A stretch of DNA of 42,702 nt. Source: a bacterium. GTDB lineage: Bacteria > Gemmatimonadota > Gemmatimonadetes > Gemmatimonadales > JACORV01. A program made the translations under genes and the position numbers. The stretch spans positions 1 through 42,702 of the forward strand of contig JAJYLI010000003.1 of assembly GCA_021787855.1 (NCBI GenBank), read 5' to 3'. Below, piece by piece: positions 20,450 through 30,184 of this stretch; the stretch's first letter is position 1, and the number at the start of each line of letters is the position of its first letter. The notes under the pieces were generated by a model that was not told where the DNA came from, ran no database searches, and saw only the letters and a program-made list of their open reading frames with translations.

Positions 20450-21454
20450 GTGATCCGTATCGCCGTGGATGCGATGGGCGGGGACCATGCGCCCACGGTC
20501 CCGGTGGCGGGCGCCGTGCTGGCCGCGAGCGAGCTGCCCGCCGACGTCACGCTGCAGCTGGTCGGGCAGACGCGACCGATCGAGCGCGAACTCGAAAAGC
20601 ATGGCGCCGACCACGCGCGCATCGAGGTGATCGATGCGCCCGAGGTGGTCGGGATGGGCGAGAAACCGCTTCAGGCGATCAGGTCCAAGCGCAACTCCTC
20701 CATCGCGATAGGTGTCGGCCTCCAGAAGACCGCCCAGTCGGACGCGTTCATCAGCGCCGGCAACACCGGCGCGGTCATGGCCGCCGCCACGCTGACGCTC
20801 GGCCTGCTGCCCGGCTTCGAGCGTCCGGCCATCGGCACGCCGTTCCCGACCAGCCGCCAGCCGGTGCTGGTGCTGGACGCCGGCGCCAACGTGGACTGCT
20901 CGGCGGCCGAGCTGGTGGGGTTCGCCCGGCTGGGGCTGCAGTACGCCCGCGACGTGATGGGCCGGCCCAATCCCGCGCTGGGGCTGCTCAACATCGGCGA
21001 GGAGGAGGAGAAGGGGAACGCCGCGGCGAAGGACGCCTACCGGCTGCTCCGGAACAGCGGTCTGCCGTTCGTCGGCAACGTGGAGGGGCGGCACGTGCTG
21101 CTGGGCCGCTCGGATCAGGGCGACTTCGACGTGGTGGTGTGCGACGGCTTCGTCGGCAACGTGCTGCTGAAGTTCTACGAGTCGGTGGCGCGGCTGTTCC
21201 ACACCCTGGTCGAGCGCGAGCTGGGCGCGGCCGCGGCCTCGGGGGAGGCGATGTCGCGCATCTGGCGCGTGCTGGATTACGCGGAGTACGGCGGGGCGCC
21301 GCTGCTGGGCGTGCGCGGGGTCGCCATCATCTGCCACGGGCGGTCCACGGCCAACGCCATCCGGCACGCGATCCGCCTGGCGGTGGAGGCGTCCCAGCAC
21401 CAGTTCCTGCAGCACCTGAGCCGCGAGTTCGCGACGGGCGAGGCGCGGGCATGA
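20450..21454 (+). CDS. plsX: Phosphate acyltransferase PlsX
   Basis: RIAVDAMGGDHAP, SAGNTGA, LDAGANVD, LLNIGEE..KG, DGFVGNV.LK, YGGAPLLG. Confidence 0.97.
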   Translation: MIRIAVDAMGGDHAPTVPVAGAVLAASELPADVTLQLVGQTRPIERELEKHGADHARIEVIDAPEVVGMGEKPLQAIRSKRNSSIAIGVGLQKTAQSDAFISAGNTGAVMAAATLTLGLLPGFERPAIGTPFPTSRQPVLVLDAGANVDCSAAELVGFARLGLQYARDVMGRPNPALGLLNIGEEEEKGNAAAKDAYRLLRNSGLPFVGNVEGRHVLLGRSDQGDFDVVVCDGFVGNVLLKFYESVARLFHTLVERELGAAAASGEAMSRIWRVLDYAEYGGAPLLGVRGVAIICHGRSTANAIRHAIRLAVEASQHQFLQHLSREFATGEARA

Positions 21455-22437
21455 AGGCGCCGGCCTTCGCGTTCGCGGGCCTGGGCTCGTACGTCCCCAG
21501 CCGGGTGCTGACCAACGCCGACTTCGAGAAGATGCTCGACACGTCGGACACCTGGATCCGCGAGCGGACCGGGATCCGGGAGCGCCACATCGCGGGGGAC
21601 GGCGACACCACGTCGGGCATGGGCAAGGAGGCCAGCCTGCGGGCGCTGGCGGAGGCGGGTCTGCCGCCCACCGAGCTCGACCTGATCGTGGCCGCCACGG
21701 CGACCCCCGACCGGCTGCTCCCCTCCACGGCCTGCGACATCCAGGCGCTGATCGGCGCGAAGAACGCCGTGGCCTTCGACGTGGGCGCGGCGTGCCCGGG
21801 CTGGATCTACGGCCTGGTCGTGGCCGAGTCCATGCTGGCCGCGGGGCAGGCGCGGCGCGCCCTGGTCATCGGCACGGAGCGGCTGAGCGCCATCACCGAC
21901 TACACCGACCGCTCCACCGCGGTGCTGTTCGGCGACGCCGCCGGAGCGGTGGTGCTCGCGGCGGGGGACGGCCGGCGCGGCATCCTCTCCTCCTACCTCA
22001 AGTCGGACGGCACGCTCGCCGAGCTGCTGCACCGGCCGGGGGGCGGGGCGGTGCACCCGCCGAGCGAAGAGCTGCTCAAGGACCACAGCTACTACCTGAA
22101 GATGGCCGGCCGCGAGGTGTTCAAGGCGGCGGTGCGCTCCATGGGCGACGCGGCGCAGCGGGCGCTGGAGAAGGCCGGCCTCGCGGGCGACGCGGTGGAC
22201 CTGCTGGTGCCGCACCAGGCCAACATCCGCATCATCGAGGCGACGGCGTCGCACGTGAACATCCCGATGGACCGGGTGTTCGTGAACGTGGACCGCTACG
22301 GCAACACCAGCTCCGCCTCCATCCCGCTGGCCCTGGACGAGGCCCGCACGAGCGGGCGGCTGCAGCCCGGCATGGTGGTGCTGCTGGTGACCTTCGGCGC
22401 GGGCTTCACCTGGGGCGCGGTGGTCCTCAGGTGGTGA
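21451..22437 (+). CDS. fabH: 3-oxoacyl-ACP synthase III
   Basis: DTSDTWIRERTGI and the catalytic triad AAC / PHQAN / GNTSSAS; FGAGFTWG. Confidence 0.96.
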   Translation: MKAPAFAFAGLGSYVPSRVLTNADFEKMLDTSDTWIRERTGIRERHIAGDGDTTSGMGKEASLRALAEAGLPPTELDLIVAATATPDRLLPSTACDIQALIGAKNAVAFDVGAACPGWIYGLVVAESMLAAGQARRALVIGTERLSAITDYTDRSTAVLFGDAAGAVVLAAGDGRRGILSSYLKSDGTLAELLHRPGGGAVHPPSEELLKDHSYYLKMAGREVFKAAVRSMGDAAQRALEKAGLAGDAVDLLVPHQANIRIIEATASHVNIPMDRVFVNVDRYGNTSSASIPLALDEARTSGRLQPGMVVLLVTFGAGFTWGAVVLRW

Positions 22438-23372
22438 GGGTGGCCCTGCTCTGCCCGGGGCAGGGGTCGCAGCGCGTGGGGATGGGCAAGGACCTGGCCG
22501 AAGCGTTCCCCGAGGCGCGCGCCGTGCTGGAGGAGGTGGACGAAGCGCTGGGCTTCGCCCTCACCGGCGTGATGTGGAACGGGCCGGAGGCGCTGCTGAC
22601 GCGCACCGACCACGCGCAGCCCGCCATCCTGGCGCATTCCCTGGCGGTGTGGGCGGTGGTGCGGGGGGCGCTGGCCCCCGCGGTGGCCGCGGGCGCCGGG
22701 CACTCGCTGGGCGAGTACAGCGCCTACGCGGCGGCCGGCGGGCTGGACGTCACGGCCGCCGCGCGGCTGGTGCGCCGCCGCGGCGAGCTGATGCACGAGG
22801 CGGGGGCCGCGCGGCCGGGCACCATGGCGGCGGTGCTGGGGCCGGACGCGGAGCGGGTGGCGGCGGCGTGCCGCGAAGCCAGCGGCCCGGACGGCGTGGT
22901 CGTGGCGGCGAACCTCAACGCGCCCGACCAGACGGTGATCTCGGGCGACCCGGCCGCCGTGGACCGGGCGGCGAAGCTGCTGAAGGCGTCGGGCGCCAAG
23001 CGGGTCGTGCCGCTCCCGGTGAGCGGCGCGTTCCATTCGCCGCTGATGGAGCCGGCCGCGGCGCGCTTCGCCCCGGCGCTGGAGGCCACCGTTTGGGGGC
23101 CGCTGGCCTTCCCGGTGGTGGCCAACGCGAGCGCCGCGGCGGTGACCGACGCCGCGGACGCCCGCCGGCTCCTGGCGGCGCAGCTCACCAGCCCGGTGCG
23201 CTGGGTGGAGTCGGTGGGGACCCTGTCCCGCGCGGCGGGCGACGGCGCGGCGTTCGTCGAGATCGGCCCCGGCGCGGTGCTGAGCGGCCTGGCGCGGCGG
23301 ATCGCGCCGGCGGCGCGCGCCACGGCCCTGGGCACGGCGGCGGACGTGCGGGCCTGGCTGGAGGCGGCGTGA
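22434..23372 (+). CDS. fabD: Malonyl-CoA:ACP transacylase
   Basis: PGQGSQ, GHSLGEYSA, VSGAFHSPLM, QLTSPVRW, EIGPG. Confidence 0.96.
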   Translation: MRVALLCPGQGSQRVGMGKDLAEAFPEARAVLEEVDEALGFALTGVMWNGPEALLTRTDHAQPAILAHSLAVWAVVRGALAPAVAAGAGHSLGEYSAYAAAGGLDVTAAARLVRRRGELMHEAGAARPGTMAAVLGPDAERVAAACREASGPDGVVVAANLNAPDQTVISGDPAAVDRAAKLLKASGAKRVVPLPVSGAFHSPLMEPAAARFAPALEATVWGPLAFPVVANASAAAVTDAADARRLLAAQLTSPVRWVESVGTLSRAAGDGAAFVEIGPGAVLSGLARRIAPAARATALGTAADVRAWLEAA

Positions 23373-24106
23373 ACTGGCGTCTGGACGGCAAGGTCGCGGT
23401 GGTGACCGGCGGCAGCCGCGGCATCGGCCGCGCCATCACGGAGGCGCTGGCCGGGGCGGGGGCCCGGGTCGCGATCCTGGTGCGGGATGCGGCCCGCGGC
23501 CAGGCGGCCGCGGCCGAGATCGGGCAGGGCACCCGCGCCTACCAGGCGGACGTGGCGCTCCCCGAGCAGGTGGACGCCGCCGTCGCCGCCGTCGAGCGGG
23601 ACCTGGGGCCGATTGACATCCTGGTGAACAACGCCGGGCTGACCCGCGACAACGTGCTGGTGCGCCTGGGCGAGCCCGAGTGGAACGCGGTGCTCGGGAC
23701 CAACCTCAGCGGCGCGTTCCACGCCATGCGCGCGGTCACCCGCGGCATGATGAAGCGGCGCGGCGGCCGGATCATCAACGTGACCAGCGTGGTGGGCCTG
23801 GTCGGCAACAAGGGCCAGGCGAACTACGCCGCCTCGAAGGCCGGCCTGGTGGGCCTCACCAAGGCCGTGGCCAAGGAGCTGGCCTCGCGCAACGTGCTGG
23901 TCAACGCCGTGGCCCCCGGCTACGTGGCCACCGACATGACCGCCGCCCTGAGCCCGGAGGCGCGCGAGACCCTGGCCGCCGCGATCCCCCTCGGACGCCT
24001 GGGGACCCCCGCCGACGTGGCGCCCGTGGTGCTCTTCCTCGCGTCCGAGGGGGCGGCGTACATTACGGGCCAGGTTTTCGTGGTGGACGGCGGCATGGTG
24101 ATGTAG
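23369..24106 (+). CDS. fabG: 3-oxoacyl-ACP reductase
   Basis: [33 protein letters not shown]. Confidence 0.96.
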   Translation: MNWRLDGKVAVVTGGSRGIGRAITEALAGAGARVAILVRDAARGQAAAAEIGQGTRAYQADVALPEQVDAAVAAVERDLGPIDILVNNAGLTRDNVLVRLGEPEWNAVLGTNLSGAFHAMRAVTRGMMKRRGGRIINVTSVVGLVGNKGQANYAASKAGLVGLTKAVAKELASRNVLVNAVAPGYVATDMTAALSPEARETLAAAIPLGRLGTPADVAPVVLFLASEGAAYITGQVFVVDGGMVM

Positions 24107-24137
24107 CGCACTTACCCTTTGGAGGGATGCAGCTCAC

Positions 24138-24389
24138 ATGGCCGACATGGCGAACCTCGAATCGCGCGTCAAGGACATCATCGCCGAGGAGCTGGGCGTC
24201 GAGCGCGAGAAACTGACCAACGAGGCCTCCTTCATGGAGGACCTCGGCGCCGACAGCCTGGATACCGTCGAGCTGGTGATGGCGTTCGAGAAGGAGTTCG
24301 ACCTGGACATCCCGGACGAGGAAGCGGAGAAGCTGCGCACCGTCGGGGACGCCCTCACGTACCTGCACCAGCGCATGGGTGCGAAGTAG
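24138..24389 (+). CDS. acpP: Acyl carrier protein
   Basis: Phosphopantetheine site [17 protein letters not shown]. Start could instead be ATG24147. Confidence 0.97.
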   Translation: MADMANLESRVKDIIAEELGVEREKLTNEASFMEDLGADSLDTVELVMAFEKEFDLDIPDEEAEKLRTVGDALTYLHQRMGAK

Positions 24390-25630
24390 TGGCGCGTCGG
24401 GTCGTCGTCACCGGCCTCGGGCTGGTGACCCCCGTGGGCAACACCGTGGAAGCGAGCTGGAGCGCGCTGGTCGCCGGAACGTCGGGGGCCGCGCGCATTC
24501 AGCGTTTCGACCCCTCGCCTCTGGACGTGCGGTTCGGCTGCGAGGTCAAAGGCTTCGACGCCGGCGCCTACCTCGACCGCAAGGAGATCAGGCGCTACGA
24601 CCTGTTCGCCCAGTACGCGCTCGCGGCCACGGCGCAGGCGGTGGCCGCGGCCGGGCTGGAGCGCGGGTTCCCGACCCCGGCCCGCACCGGCGTGCTGATC
24701 GGCAGCGGGGTCGGCGGCATCGCGACCTTCGAGGAGCAGTGCAAGATCTTCCTCCAGCAGGGACCCGGCCGCGTCTCCCCGTTCTTCGTGCCGATGTTCA
24801 TTCCCGACATGGCGTCGGGCCTGGTGGCGATCCGCTACGGCCTCACCGGCCCCAACTTCTGCACCGTGTCGGCCTGCGCGTCGTCCGCCCACGCCGTCGG
24901 TGAGGCCACCCGCGCGATCCAGTACGGGGACGCCGACGTCATGATCGCCGGCGGCGCCGAGGCCGCCATCACGCCGCTGGCCATCGCCGGGTTCGCCAAC
25001 ATGAAGGCCCTCTCCACGCGCAACGACGACCCCGAGCACGCCTCGCGGCCGTTCGACGCCACGCGGGACGGCTTCGTCCTGGGCGACGGCGCGGGCGTCG
25101 TCGTGCTCGAGAGCCTCGAGCACGCCGAGCGGCGGGGCGCGACGATCCTGGCCGAGGTCGCCGGCTACGGCATGAGCGCCGACGCCCACCACATGACCCA
25201 GCCGGCCCCGGAAGGGCGGGGGGCGCAACTGGCCATGCGGGCGGCGCTGGCCGACGCGGGCGACGGCCTGGGCGAGGTGCAGTACGTCAACGCCCACGGC
25301 ACCGCGACGCCGCCGGGCGACGTGGCGGAGACCGTGGCCGTCAAAGCCGTGTTCGGGGCGCGCGCGAGCGGGATGGTGTTCGGCTCGACCAAGTCCATGA
25401 CCGGCCACCTCCTGGGCGCGGCGGGCGGCACCGAGTTCGCGATCTGCGTGCTGGTCATCCAGCACGGCGTGATTCCGCCCACCATCAACTACCGGACCCC
25501 GGATCCCGAGTGCGACCTGGACTGCGCCCCCAACCACGCCGTCCAGCGCCGCGTGGACGTGGCCATGAGCAACTCGTTCGGCTTCGGGGGCCACAACGTG
25601 TCCCTCCTGGTCAAGCGCTTCGTCGCCTGA
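24389..25630 (+). CDS. fabF: 3-oxoacyl-ACP synthase II
   Basis: RRVVVTGLG, SACASSAH, NAHGTAT, TKSMTGHLLGA, SNSFGFGGHN. Confidence 0.96.
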   Translation: MARRVVVTGLGLVTPVGNTVEASWSALVAGTSGAARIQRFDPSPLDVRFGCEVKGFDAGAYLDRKEIRRYDLFAQYALAATAQAVAAAGLERGFPTPARTGVLIGSGVGGIATFEEQCKIFLQQGPGRVSPFFVPMFIPDMASGLVAIRYGLTGPNFCTVSACASSAHAVGEATRAIQYGDADVMIAGGAEAAITPLAIAGFANMKALSTRNDDPEHASRPFDATRDGFVLGDGAGVVVLESLEHAERRGATILAEVAGYGMSADAHHMTQPAPEGRGAQLAMRAALADAGDGLGEVQYVNAHGTATPPGDVAETVAVKAVFGARASGMVFGSTKSMTGHLLGAAGGTEFAICVLVIQHGVIPPTINYRTPDPECDLDCAPNHAVQRRVDVAMSNSFGFGGHNVSLLVKRFVA

Positions 25631-25644
25631 GTGCCGAGCGGTCC

Positions 25645-26832
25645 GTGACCACGACGCTCCCCCCCGCCACCTCCTCTCCTCCCCCGGCCGACCGGACCCT
25701 GGACGACCGGGCCCTGGAGCTGGCCCTGGCCAACCCGCAGCTCCGCCCCGCCGCCGAGAAGCTGGCGGCGGGCGAGCGGCTGGGCCGGGACGACGCGGTC
25801 GCGCTGTTCGAGAGCCGCGACCTGCTGGCCGTGGGCGCGCTGGCCGACGCCCGCAACCGCCGGCGGAACGGCCGCCGGGTGTTCTTCTCGGCCAACCAGC
25901 ACATCAATCCCACCAACGTGTGCGTGCTGCGGCACACCTGTGCCTTCTGCTCCTTCGCGCGGACGCCCAAGGAGGAGGGGGCGTACACCCGGACCCTCGC
26001 GGAGGTGCTCGAGGAGGCGGGCCGGGCCAAGAGCGCGCCGACGCGGGAATTCCACATCGTCGGGGGCCTGCACCCCAAGCTGCGCCTGAGCTACTACACC
26101 GACATGATCCGCGCCCTGAAGGCGGCCTATCCGGGCGTGCACGTCAAGGCGCTCACCGCGGTCGAGATCGCGCACCTGGCGCGGATCGAGCGGTGCTCGT
26201 TCCGGGAGGTGCTGCTGGCCCTCAAGGAGGCGGGCCTCACCAGCCTGCCCGGCGGCGGCGCCGAGGTGTTCGGCCGCGCGGTGCGCATGACCATCGCCGA
26301 CCGCAAGCTCGCGGGGGAGGACTGGCTGGAGGTGCACCGCCAGGCCCACGCGCTGGGCATCCCGAGCAACTGCACGATGCTCTACGGGCACGTGGAGACC
26401 CTGCAGGATCGGGCCGAGCACCTGCTGATCCTGCGCGGCCTGCAGGACGAGACCGGCGGCTTCCTGACCTACATCCCGCTGGCCTACCACCCCGACCACA
26501 ACGCCCTGGGCGAGGAGCTGGGCTGGCGGGGCCGCGCCACCATGGGGGTGGACGACCTGCTGAACATCGCCGTCGCGCGGCTGGTCCTGGACAACGTGCC
26601 GCACGTCAAGACGCACTGGCCGATGGTGTCGCCGTTCATCTCCCAGGTGGCGCTGGACTTCGGCTGCGACGACCTGGAGGGGACGGTGGTGTACGAGCGC
26701 GTGTACCACGAGGCGGGGGCGAGCACGCCGATGGAGATGAACTACGACGCGCTGGTGGACCTGATCCGCGGCGCCGGCAAGACCCCGGTGGAGCGCGACT
26801 CGCTCTACCGGCCGGTGCGGACGTTCGACTGA
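25645..26832 (+). CDS. mqnE: Aminofutalosine synthase MqnE (radical SAM)
   Basis: HINPTNVC..., EFHIVGGLHP, HVKALTAVEI, LPGGGAEVF, TMLYGHVET, LQDETGGF, E.VYHEAGA. Adjacent to mqnA and mqnC. Confidence 0.9.
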   Translation: MTTTLPPATSSPPPADRTLDDRALELALANPQLRPAAEKLAAGERLGRDDAVALFESRDLLAVGALADARNRRRNGRRVFFSANQHINPTNVCVLRHTCAFCSFARTPKEEGAYTRTLAEVLEEAGRAKSAPTREFHIVGGLHPKLRLSYYTDMIRALKAAYPGVHVKALTAVEIAHLARIERCSFREVLLALKEAGLTSLPGGGAEVFGRAVRMTIADRKLAGEDWLEVHRQAHALGIPSNCTMLYGHVETLQDRAEHLLILRGLQDETGGFLTYIPLAYHPDHNALGEELGWRGRATMGVDDLLNIAVARLVLDNVPHVKTHWPMVSPFISQVALDFGCDDLEGTVVYERVYHEAGASTPMEMNYDALVDLIRGAGKTPVERDSLYRPVRTFD

Positions 26833-27653
26833 TGCGCCTCGGACGGATCGGCTACGTCAACTGCTACCCGGTGTACGGGGCCATGGACCGCGGGGTGGTG
26901 GCGCCGCCGGCCACCCTGGTCACCGGCACGCCGGCCGAGCTGAACGACCGTCTGGCGGACGGCCGCCTGGACGTCAGCGTCATCTCGGCGGTGGCGTACG
27001 CGCATCGCGCCGAGGCCTACGAGCTGCTGCCCGACCTGGCCATCAGCTCCGACGGGCCGGTGCGGAGCGTGCTGCTGTTCAGCCGCCGGCCCCCCGGGGA
27101 GCTGGACGGCGCGCGGGTGCTGGTCTCCACGTCGTCGCGGACCTCGGTGCAGCTCCTCGACCTGCTGGCGCGCGACCGGTGGCGGGTCGCCGTGACGCTG
27201 ACCCCCGCGCCGGCGGAGACCGCGGACCTGGCGCGGCTCGAGGCCATCCCGCACGACGCGGCACTGGTGATCGGCGACGGGGCGCTGCTCCTGGCCGCCG
27301 CGCACGCGTACCCCGTCGTCACCGACCTGGGCGAAGCGTGGAAGGCGTGGACCGGGCTGCCGTTCGTGTTCGCGGTGTGGGCCGCGCGCCGGGCGGTGGA
27401 CCGCGGGGCCGTGCGCGACGTGCACCGGGCCCTGCTGGCCAGCCGGAAGTGGGGGCTCCAGCACCTCGACCTGCTCGCCGGCGACGCCGCCGGCCGCACC
27501 GGCGTGGCGCCGGCACGGTGCCGCGAGTACCTCGCCGGCCTGGACTACGGCCTGTCGTACCGCCACCTGGCGGGCCTGGCCGACTTCCTGGGCCGGCTGG
27601 CGGCGCGCGGCGTCGTGCCCGACGGCACGCTGTCCTTCCTGGGGGCCGCCTGA
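26832..27653 (+). CDS. mqnA: Chorismate dehydratase MqnA
   Basis: RLGRIGYVNCYP, ISSDGPVRSV, SRTS, LVIGD.AL, DLGEAWKAWTGLPFVFAVWA. Confidence 0.92.
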   Translation: MRLGRIGYVNCYPVYGAMDRGVVAPPATLVTGTPAELNDRLADGRLDVSVISAVAYAHRAEAYELLPDLAISSDGPVRSVLLFSRRPPGELDGARVLVSTSSRTSVQLLDLLARDRWRVAVTLTPAPAETADLARLEAIPHDAALVIGDGALLLAAAHAYPVVTDLGEAWKAWTGLPFVFAVWAARRAVDRGAVRDVHRALLASRKWGLQHLDLLAGDAAGRTGVAPARCREYLAGLDYGLSYRHLAGLADFLGRLAARGVVPDGTLSFLGAA

Positions 27654-27655
27654 CC

Positions 27656-28684
27656 GTGTCCGACGCCACCGCGCTGCTGGAACTGTACGAGCGGGCCCCG
27701 CTCTTGGAGCTGGCGGCGCTGGCCGACGCCGAGCGGCGGCGGCGCCACCCGGGCGGCGCCGTGACGTACATCGTGGACCGCAACATCAACTACACCAACG
27801 TCTGCGTCGCGGACTGCAAGTTCTGCGCGTTCTACCGCCGGCCGAAGCACGCCGAGGGCTACGTCCTGTCGTTCGAGGAGATCGGCGCCAAGATCGAGGA
27901 GGCCAAGGCCATCGGCGCGGTCCAGATCCTGATGCAGGGCGGCCACAACCCGTACATCCCGTTCGAGTGGTACCTCGACCTGCTGCGCTACATCAAGGCG
28001 CACCACCCGATCCACATCCACGGCTTCTCACCCTCGGAGGTGCAGTTCTTCGCCAGGCGCTTCCGCCTGACCGTGGACCAGGTGGTGGAGGCGCTGCAGG
28101 GGGCGGGGCTCGACTCCATCCCCGGGGGCGGCGGCGAGATCCTGGTGGACCGCGTGCGCAAGCTGGTAGCCGGCAAGAAGGCGCTCACCGACCAGTGGCT
28201 CGAAGTCATGGACTCGGCCCACCGCCACGGCATGCGGACGACCTCCACGATGATGTACGGCCTGGGGGAGACCCCGGCCGAGCGGATCGAGCACCTGCTG
28301 CGGCTGCGGGAGCAGCAGGCGCGGACCCACGGCTTCACGGCCTTCATCTGCTGGCCGCTCCAGCCGGAGCGCACCGCGATGGAGGGCACGCCGCGAACCG
28401 ACGCGGTGACCTACCTCCGGACCCTGGCCATCGCGCGGCTGGCGCTGGACAACTTCGACAACCTGCAGGTGAGCTGGGTGACGATGGGGCCGAAGATCGG
28501 GCAGGTGGCGCTGCGCTTCGGCGCCAACGACTTCGGCTCGCTGATGATGGAGGAGAGCGTGGTCTCGGCCGCGGGCACCACCTACCGGACCACGGTGGAC
28601 GAGATCGAGCGGCTGATCCACGGCGCGGGCTTCGTCCCGGTCCGGCGGCGGCAGGACTACACCCTGGTCCAGGAGGCGGCGTGA
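27656..28684 (+). CDS. mqnC: Cyclic dehypoxanthinyl futalosine synthase MqnC (radical SAM)
   Basis: TYIVDRNINYTNVCVADCKFCAFYR, ILMQGG, SIPGGGGEIL, FTAFICW, FGANDFGS.MMEE.VV.AAG. Confidence 0.93.
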   Translation: MSDATALLELYERAPLLELAALADAERRRRHPGGAVTYIVDRNINYTNVCVADCKFCAFYRRPKHAEGYVLSFEEIGAKIEEAKAIGAVQILMQGGHNPYIPFEWYLDLLRYIKAHHPIHIHGFSPSEVQFFARRFRLTVDQVVEALQGAGLDSIPGGGGEILVDRVRKLVAGKKALTDQWLEVMDSAHRHGMRTTSTMMYGLGETPAERIEHLLRLREQQARTHGFTAFICWPLQPERTAMEGTPRTDAVTYLRTLAIARLALDNFDNLQVSWVTMGPKIGQVALRFGANDFGSLMMEESVVSAAGTTYRTTVDEIERLIHGAGFVPVRRRQDYTLVQEAA

Positions 28685-29088
28685 CGGCCACGGCCAAGCC
28701 AGTGCTGGTGCTGGTCGGCTCGGAGTCCGACCGGCAGCGGATCGAGCCGGCCCTCAAGGTGCTGGAGGAGGCCGGCGTCGGCTTCGACTTCGTGGTGTCG
28801 TCCGCCCACCGCGCGCCCGAGCAGACCGCCGCGCTGGTCAAGGGCGCGCGGGCCGCGGGCTACCGGGTGCTGATCTGCGGCGCCGGCCTGGCCGCCGCGC
28901 TGCCGGGGTTCGCCGCCTCGCAGACCGACCTGCCGGTCATCGGCGTGCCGTTCGACGTCGGCCCCCTGCGGGGCGTGGACGCCCTGTACGCCATCGCGCA
29001 GCTGCCCAGCGGCGTGCCGGTCGGGACCGTCGGGATTGACAACGCGAAGAACGCGGCGCATCTCGCCATCAGGATCCTCCGCTCATGA
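28681..29088 (+). CDS. purE: PurE family protein (N5-CAIR mutase/AIR carboxylase), short 135 aa
   Basis: GSESD, SAHRAP, AGLAAALPG, LPVIGVP, QLPSGVPVGTV, NAA.LA..IL. Confidence 0.85.
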   Translation: MTATAKPVLVLVGSESDRQRIEPALKVLEEAGVGFDFVVSSAHRAPEQTAALVKGARAAGYRVLICGAGLAAALPGFAASQTDLPVIGVPFDVGPLRGVDALYAIAQLPSGVPVGTVGIDNAKNAAHLAIRILRS

Positions 29089-29570
29089 GCACGCGCGTCG
29101 GCATCGGGTACGATTCGCACCGCTTCGCCGCCGGCCGCCCGCTGCGGCTGGCGGGCGTGACCGTGCCCCACACCCACGGCCTGGTGGGCCACTCGGACGG
29201 CGACGTCGCGCTGCACGCCGTCGTGGACGCCCTGCTCGGCGCCGCCGCCCTGGGCGACATCGGCGCCCTGTTCCCCGACACCGAGCCGCGCTGGAAGGGC
29301 GCCGATTCGGCCCAGTTCGTCCGCGCCACGCTGGAGCGGCTGGGGCCCCTCGGGCTCGCCGTCGGCCAGGTGGACATCACCATCATCGCCGAGCGCCCCA
29401 AGCTGGCTCCCCACATCGCCGCGATGCGCGCCGCGACGGCCCGGGCGCTGGGGGTGGAGCCGGGCGCGGTGAGCGTGAAGGCCAAGAGCAACGAAGGCAT
29501 GGGCTGGCTGGGGCGCGGCGAGGGCATCGCCGCGCTCGCGGTCGCGACCCTGGCCCGGACTTCCGGCTGA
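29085..29570 (+). CDS. ispF: 2-C-methyl-D-erythritol 2,4-cyclodiphosphate synthase
   Basis: RVGIGYDSH, GHSDGDVALHA..DALLGA..LGDIG..FPD, VSVKAK..EGMG..GRGEGI. Confidence 0.96.
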   Translation: MSTRVGIGYDSHRFAAGRPLRLAGVTVPHTHGLVGHSDGDVALHAVVDALLGAAALGDIGALFPDTEPRWKGADSAQFVRATLERLGPLGLAVGQVDITIIAERPKLAPHIAAMRAATARALGVEPGAVSVKAKSNEGMGWLGRGEGIAALAVATLARTSG

Positions 29571-30184
29571 TCGACCAGCTCATCGCCTGGCTCGCCGGAC
29601 TCCCGCCGTCCGGCGTCTACGGCGTCATCGCGTTCCTCGCCGCCCTCGAGAACCTCGTTCCGCCGGTCCCGGCCGACACGGCCGTGGCGCTGGGCGCGTT
29701 CCTCGCGGGGCAGGGCGGCACCGTCACCCTCGCCGGCGTGTTCCTCGCCACCTGGGTGCCCAACGTGGCCTCCGCGGCGGGCACCTACTGGCTCGCGCGC
29801 ACCCTGGGGCGCGACTTCGCCGCGACGTCGGCCGGGCGGCGGCTGCTCTCGCCCCGCGCCCTGGCGGCGCTGGAGCGCGCCTACCGGCGTCACCACTGGT
29901 GGGGCATCTTCCTGAGCCGGTTCCTGCCCGGCTATCGCGCCGTCGTTCCGCCGTTCGCCGGCCTCGCCGGCCTGGGCGCCTTCCGGGCGCTGGCCCCGGT
30001 GGCCCTGGCCTCGGGCCTGTGGTACGGGGCGCTGGTGGCGCTCGCGCACCACGTGGGCGGCGACTGGCCGGCGATCCAGGCGGCCCTGGCGCGCCTGGGC
30101 TGGTGGCTCGCGGTCGTGGCGGCCGCCGCCACCGCGCTGCTGGCGCTCGCGGCGTGGCGCCTCTGGTCGCATGAGCGCCGCTGA
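29567..30184 (+). CDS. DedA family membrane protein (probable CTG start)
   Basis: [37 protein letters not shown]. The only plausible start is CTG overlapping the ispF TGA. Confidence 0.85.
   Translation: MIDQLIAWLAGLPPSGVYGVIAFLAALENLVPPVPADTAVALGAFLAGQGGTVTLAGVFLATWVPNVASAAGTYWLARTLGRDFAATSAGRRLLSPRALAALERAYRRHHWWGIFLSRFLPGYRAVVPPFAGLAGLGAFRALAPVALASGLWYGALVALAHHVGGDWPAIQAALARLGWWLAVVAAAATALLALAAWRLWSHERR

Noticed and set aside
20250-20453. 67-aa ORF in the ORF track over the rpmF position
   Set aside because: Wrong frame. The real gene is rpmF at 20270-20449.
21787-21810. FabH active-site context AACPGWIY instead of the common AACSGF
   Set aside because: The catalytic Cys/His/Asn are intact and this position varies among FabH enzymes, so no functional claim is supportable.
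24127-24216. Small [11 protein letters not shown]... immediately after GGAGGG, overlapping acpP
   Set aside because: The ATG directly abuts the SD, too close for initiation. The SD better serves acpP.
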